DNA of 64,000 nt from Mobula birostris. Its lineage: Eukaryota. Under the pieces are notes generated by a model that had not been told where the DNA came from, made no database searches, and worked only from the letters and a program-made list of their open reading frames with translations. Where the stretch lies: positions 55,177,717 through 55,241,716 of the forward strand of contig NC_092380.1 in assembly GCF_030028105.1 (NCBI RefSeq), read 5' to 3'. Below, in pieces: positions 61,920 through 64,000 of the stretch (its first letter is position 1; each line of letters opens with the position of its first letter). Made by a program: the position numbers and the translations under genes.

Positions 61920-62447
61920 AGACATTCACATATTTCTACAGATATACCATGGAGAGCATTCTAACTGGCTGCATCACTGTCTGGTATGGGGGGGGCACAG
62001 GAGTTGGGTAAATCTACTTTATAGGATCAAAATAAACTGCTGATTTGTAAACATAGTTAGCTCCATCATAGGCACTAGCCTCCATAGTATCCAGGACACC
62101 TTCAAAGAGCGATGCCTCATAAAGGCGGCATCCTTCATTAAGGACTCCCATCATCCAGATCATGCCTTGTTCCCAATGTCACCATCAGGAAGGAGGTACG
62201 GAAGCCTGAAGGCACACAGGAATAGCTTCTTCCCCTCTGCTATTCAATTTCTGAATGGAGATCAAACTCATGAACATCACATCATAACTTTTTGTTCCTA
62301 TTTTTATAATACTTTTTAAATGCAACTATTATATATATATATATACTTACTCTAATTCAGTTTTTTTCCTATTATTATGTATTGCATTGTACTGCTGCTG
62401 CAAAGGCAAATACCGTTTGTAAAATTCACGACATATGTTTCTGATTC
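61920..62447 (+). mobile_element. Rex1/Babar 3' fragment
   Basis: Reverse-complement homology to 10317-10880; ends tttctgattc. Confidence 0.8.
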
Positions 62448-62829
62448 GGTACTGACCATGAATGTAAAATGACTTGCATTGTTCATTCTTTTGTAAACAT
62501 ATTTTTATTGTGAACAGAGTTTACTTCTGAAACAAAGCAAAATCTATCATTCAGCCGACAAACACTTTATGCCTTTTAACCATACTACCAAACTTCAGGG
62601 ATTTCTGTGCCTTCCTGTTTCACAGCATCATATTATTCACAATAAATTCTCCTGCCTTGTTTGCCCTCCCCATCATTCTTTGACTGAATTCCTATTGCTG
62701 TTTTTAACCCATTTAACCATTTCATTATCTTCCTGCAGTCTTTACCTTTCTTCTTCACTATTGACCACACTGTAAATATTTGAATCATTTGAAAACTTCA
62801 AAATTAAACTACTTATATTTAAATCAAAA

Positions 62830-63010
62830 TCACTGATGTATATTACATGCTGACACAACTGTATTTCTGTTATATTGACTGTCCTGTTGTACATACTATT
62901 TATTATAAATTACTATAAATTTCACATTATACATTTAGACTGAGATATAATGTAAAGATTTTTACTCCTCATGTATGTGAAGGATGTAAAATTAATTCAA
63001 TTCAATTCAA
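62830..63010 (+). mobile_element. LINE 3' tail with (TTCAA)n
   Basis: AT-rich UTR-like stretch ending aattcaattcaattcaa. Confidence 0.45.
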
Positions 63011-63439
63011 ATATGAAGTGGTGAAACCTGTAGGAATACTTTTCCATACAGTCTTCTAATCGCCTTTCAGCTTTAACATTTTACTTCTAACCGTTGAGCT
63101 AATTTTGAATGGGACCTGATGTTTTCCCTCACGTCCCAATAACTTTTATTTTTGTGTGGAATTTTGTCAAATATCACGCTATAATGCAGACAACAAATAA
63201 CGTGCTACACTAATTAAGCCTTCTTGTTACTTCCTTAGAAAATCAATTGTTGGCACTTCCTTAGCACTACACAGGGAAGTCAGCCTCATTTACCTGCTTG
63301 AGTCTCTGTAATGGGACTGGAATGTACAGCCTATTGGCTGGCACAAGTGGGCCAGTGTACTGCCAAAGCCAGGGAATCTCCATATACAATCCTGTCTCAG
63401 AACGTTACACTGCAACCTGGCACCACAGCAGTTTGTCCA

Positions 63440-63775
63440 AGGGTCAAATACCTCACTCTGTCATGCTGAGGAAGTGCTTCAAGTGGACCCTGTTTGCAGT
63501 GATTTATCAAACTAGGTAAGATCCCTTCCATCTTCTCGGATAAATTTCAAAGTTCCTCAAACTTCATTCAAAGTGTTGGTGGAAACCCTGCCTGATGTCC
63601 AGGCATTAGGTATCCAATAAACAACCTCCCATCACTAAAACAGATTATTACTCACCACCAAGATACAATCTGTGGAGCTTGTTGTGTGCAAATTGCCTGC
63701 CTACCCATTTTCCCTCATGCACACGGTGACTACATTTCAAATCTTCAGCCGTTATGAAAGGTGCCGATATAAACA
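63440..63775 (+). mobile_element. Deu-domain SINE (SacSINE1-like) with L2 tail
   Basis: taagatccc...catcactaaaacagattat...gtggagcttgttgtgtgcaaattgcctgcc...gtgactacatttcaa...tgaaaggtgccgatataaa. Confidence 0.65.
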
Positions 63776-64000
63776 TGGGGAGATGGGCATCTTCGCACGT
63801 GGAGAGAGAAGACTCCTAAGCTACTAGAGATCTGCATCTGTACTTTAAAAGGACATTTGGAAGAAAATCTGAAAAAAACAGAAAAGCTTTGTGAATAACC
63901 ACAACAGCCGTTTTTCCCCTCTAGCACTGAATGGCGGTCCGGTCTACGTCAGAGTGAAATGAGTGAAATCTGTCAGACACCTGGTGACAGAGGTAGGGAA

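Noticed and set aside
63780-64000. Splice-acceptor-like tracts on both strands near the window end
   Set aside because: No recognisable peptide, and context is cut off by the window edge
1-64000. CRISPR array, operon or prokaryotic defence system
   Set aside because: No regularly spaced repeat-spacer units and no gene-dense organisation; the sequence is vertebrate repeat-rich DNA

Overview
Eukaryotic, repeat-dense DNA with no recognisable host protein-coding gene, rRNA, true tRNA gene or CRISPR array. The repeat content (CR1 with (TTCTATG)n tails, HE1/V-type SINEs, Deu-domain SINEs, Rex1/Babar, Penelope-like elements) points to a cartilaginous fish, probably a ray (inference). The window reads as a large intron or intergenic interval. 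Almost every interpretable ORF is a decayed transposon protein: CR1, Rex1, RTE, L2, Tx1 and HERO-type LINEs, a Gypsy provirus with both LTRs, a BEL/Pao remnant, solo LTRs, and hAT, Tigger, Tc1 and mariner-type DNA elements. Many are nested, with junctions resolvable to the base. The most notable signals are: (1) short fold-back Penelope pseudo-LTR insertions, two with 13-14 bp target-site duplications, carrying pieces of a minimal hammerhead ribozyme; (2) a nearly intact HERO-type endonuclease frame with a pseudoknot-like 3' UTR; (3) a ~330 bp palindrome inside a deleted Tigger; (4) a TIR element with an ambiguous 6 or 8 bp TSD. I found no support for a wholly new gene system. Family names come from motif recognition by eye, not database searches, and boundaries without a TSD or TIR are approximate.
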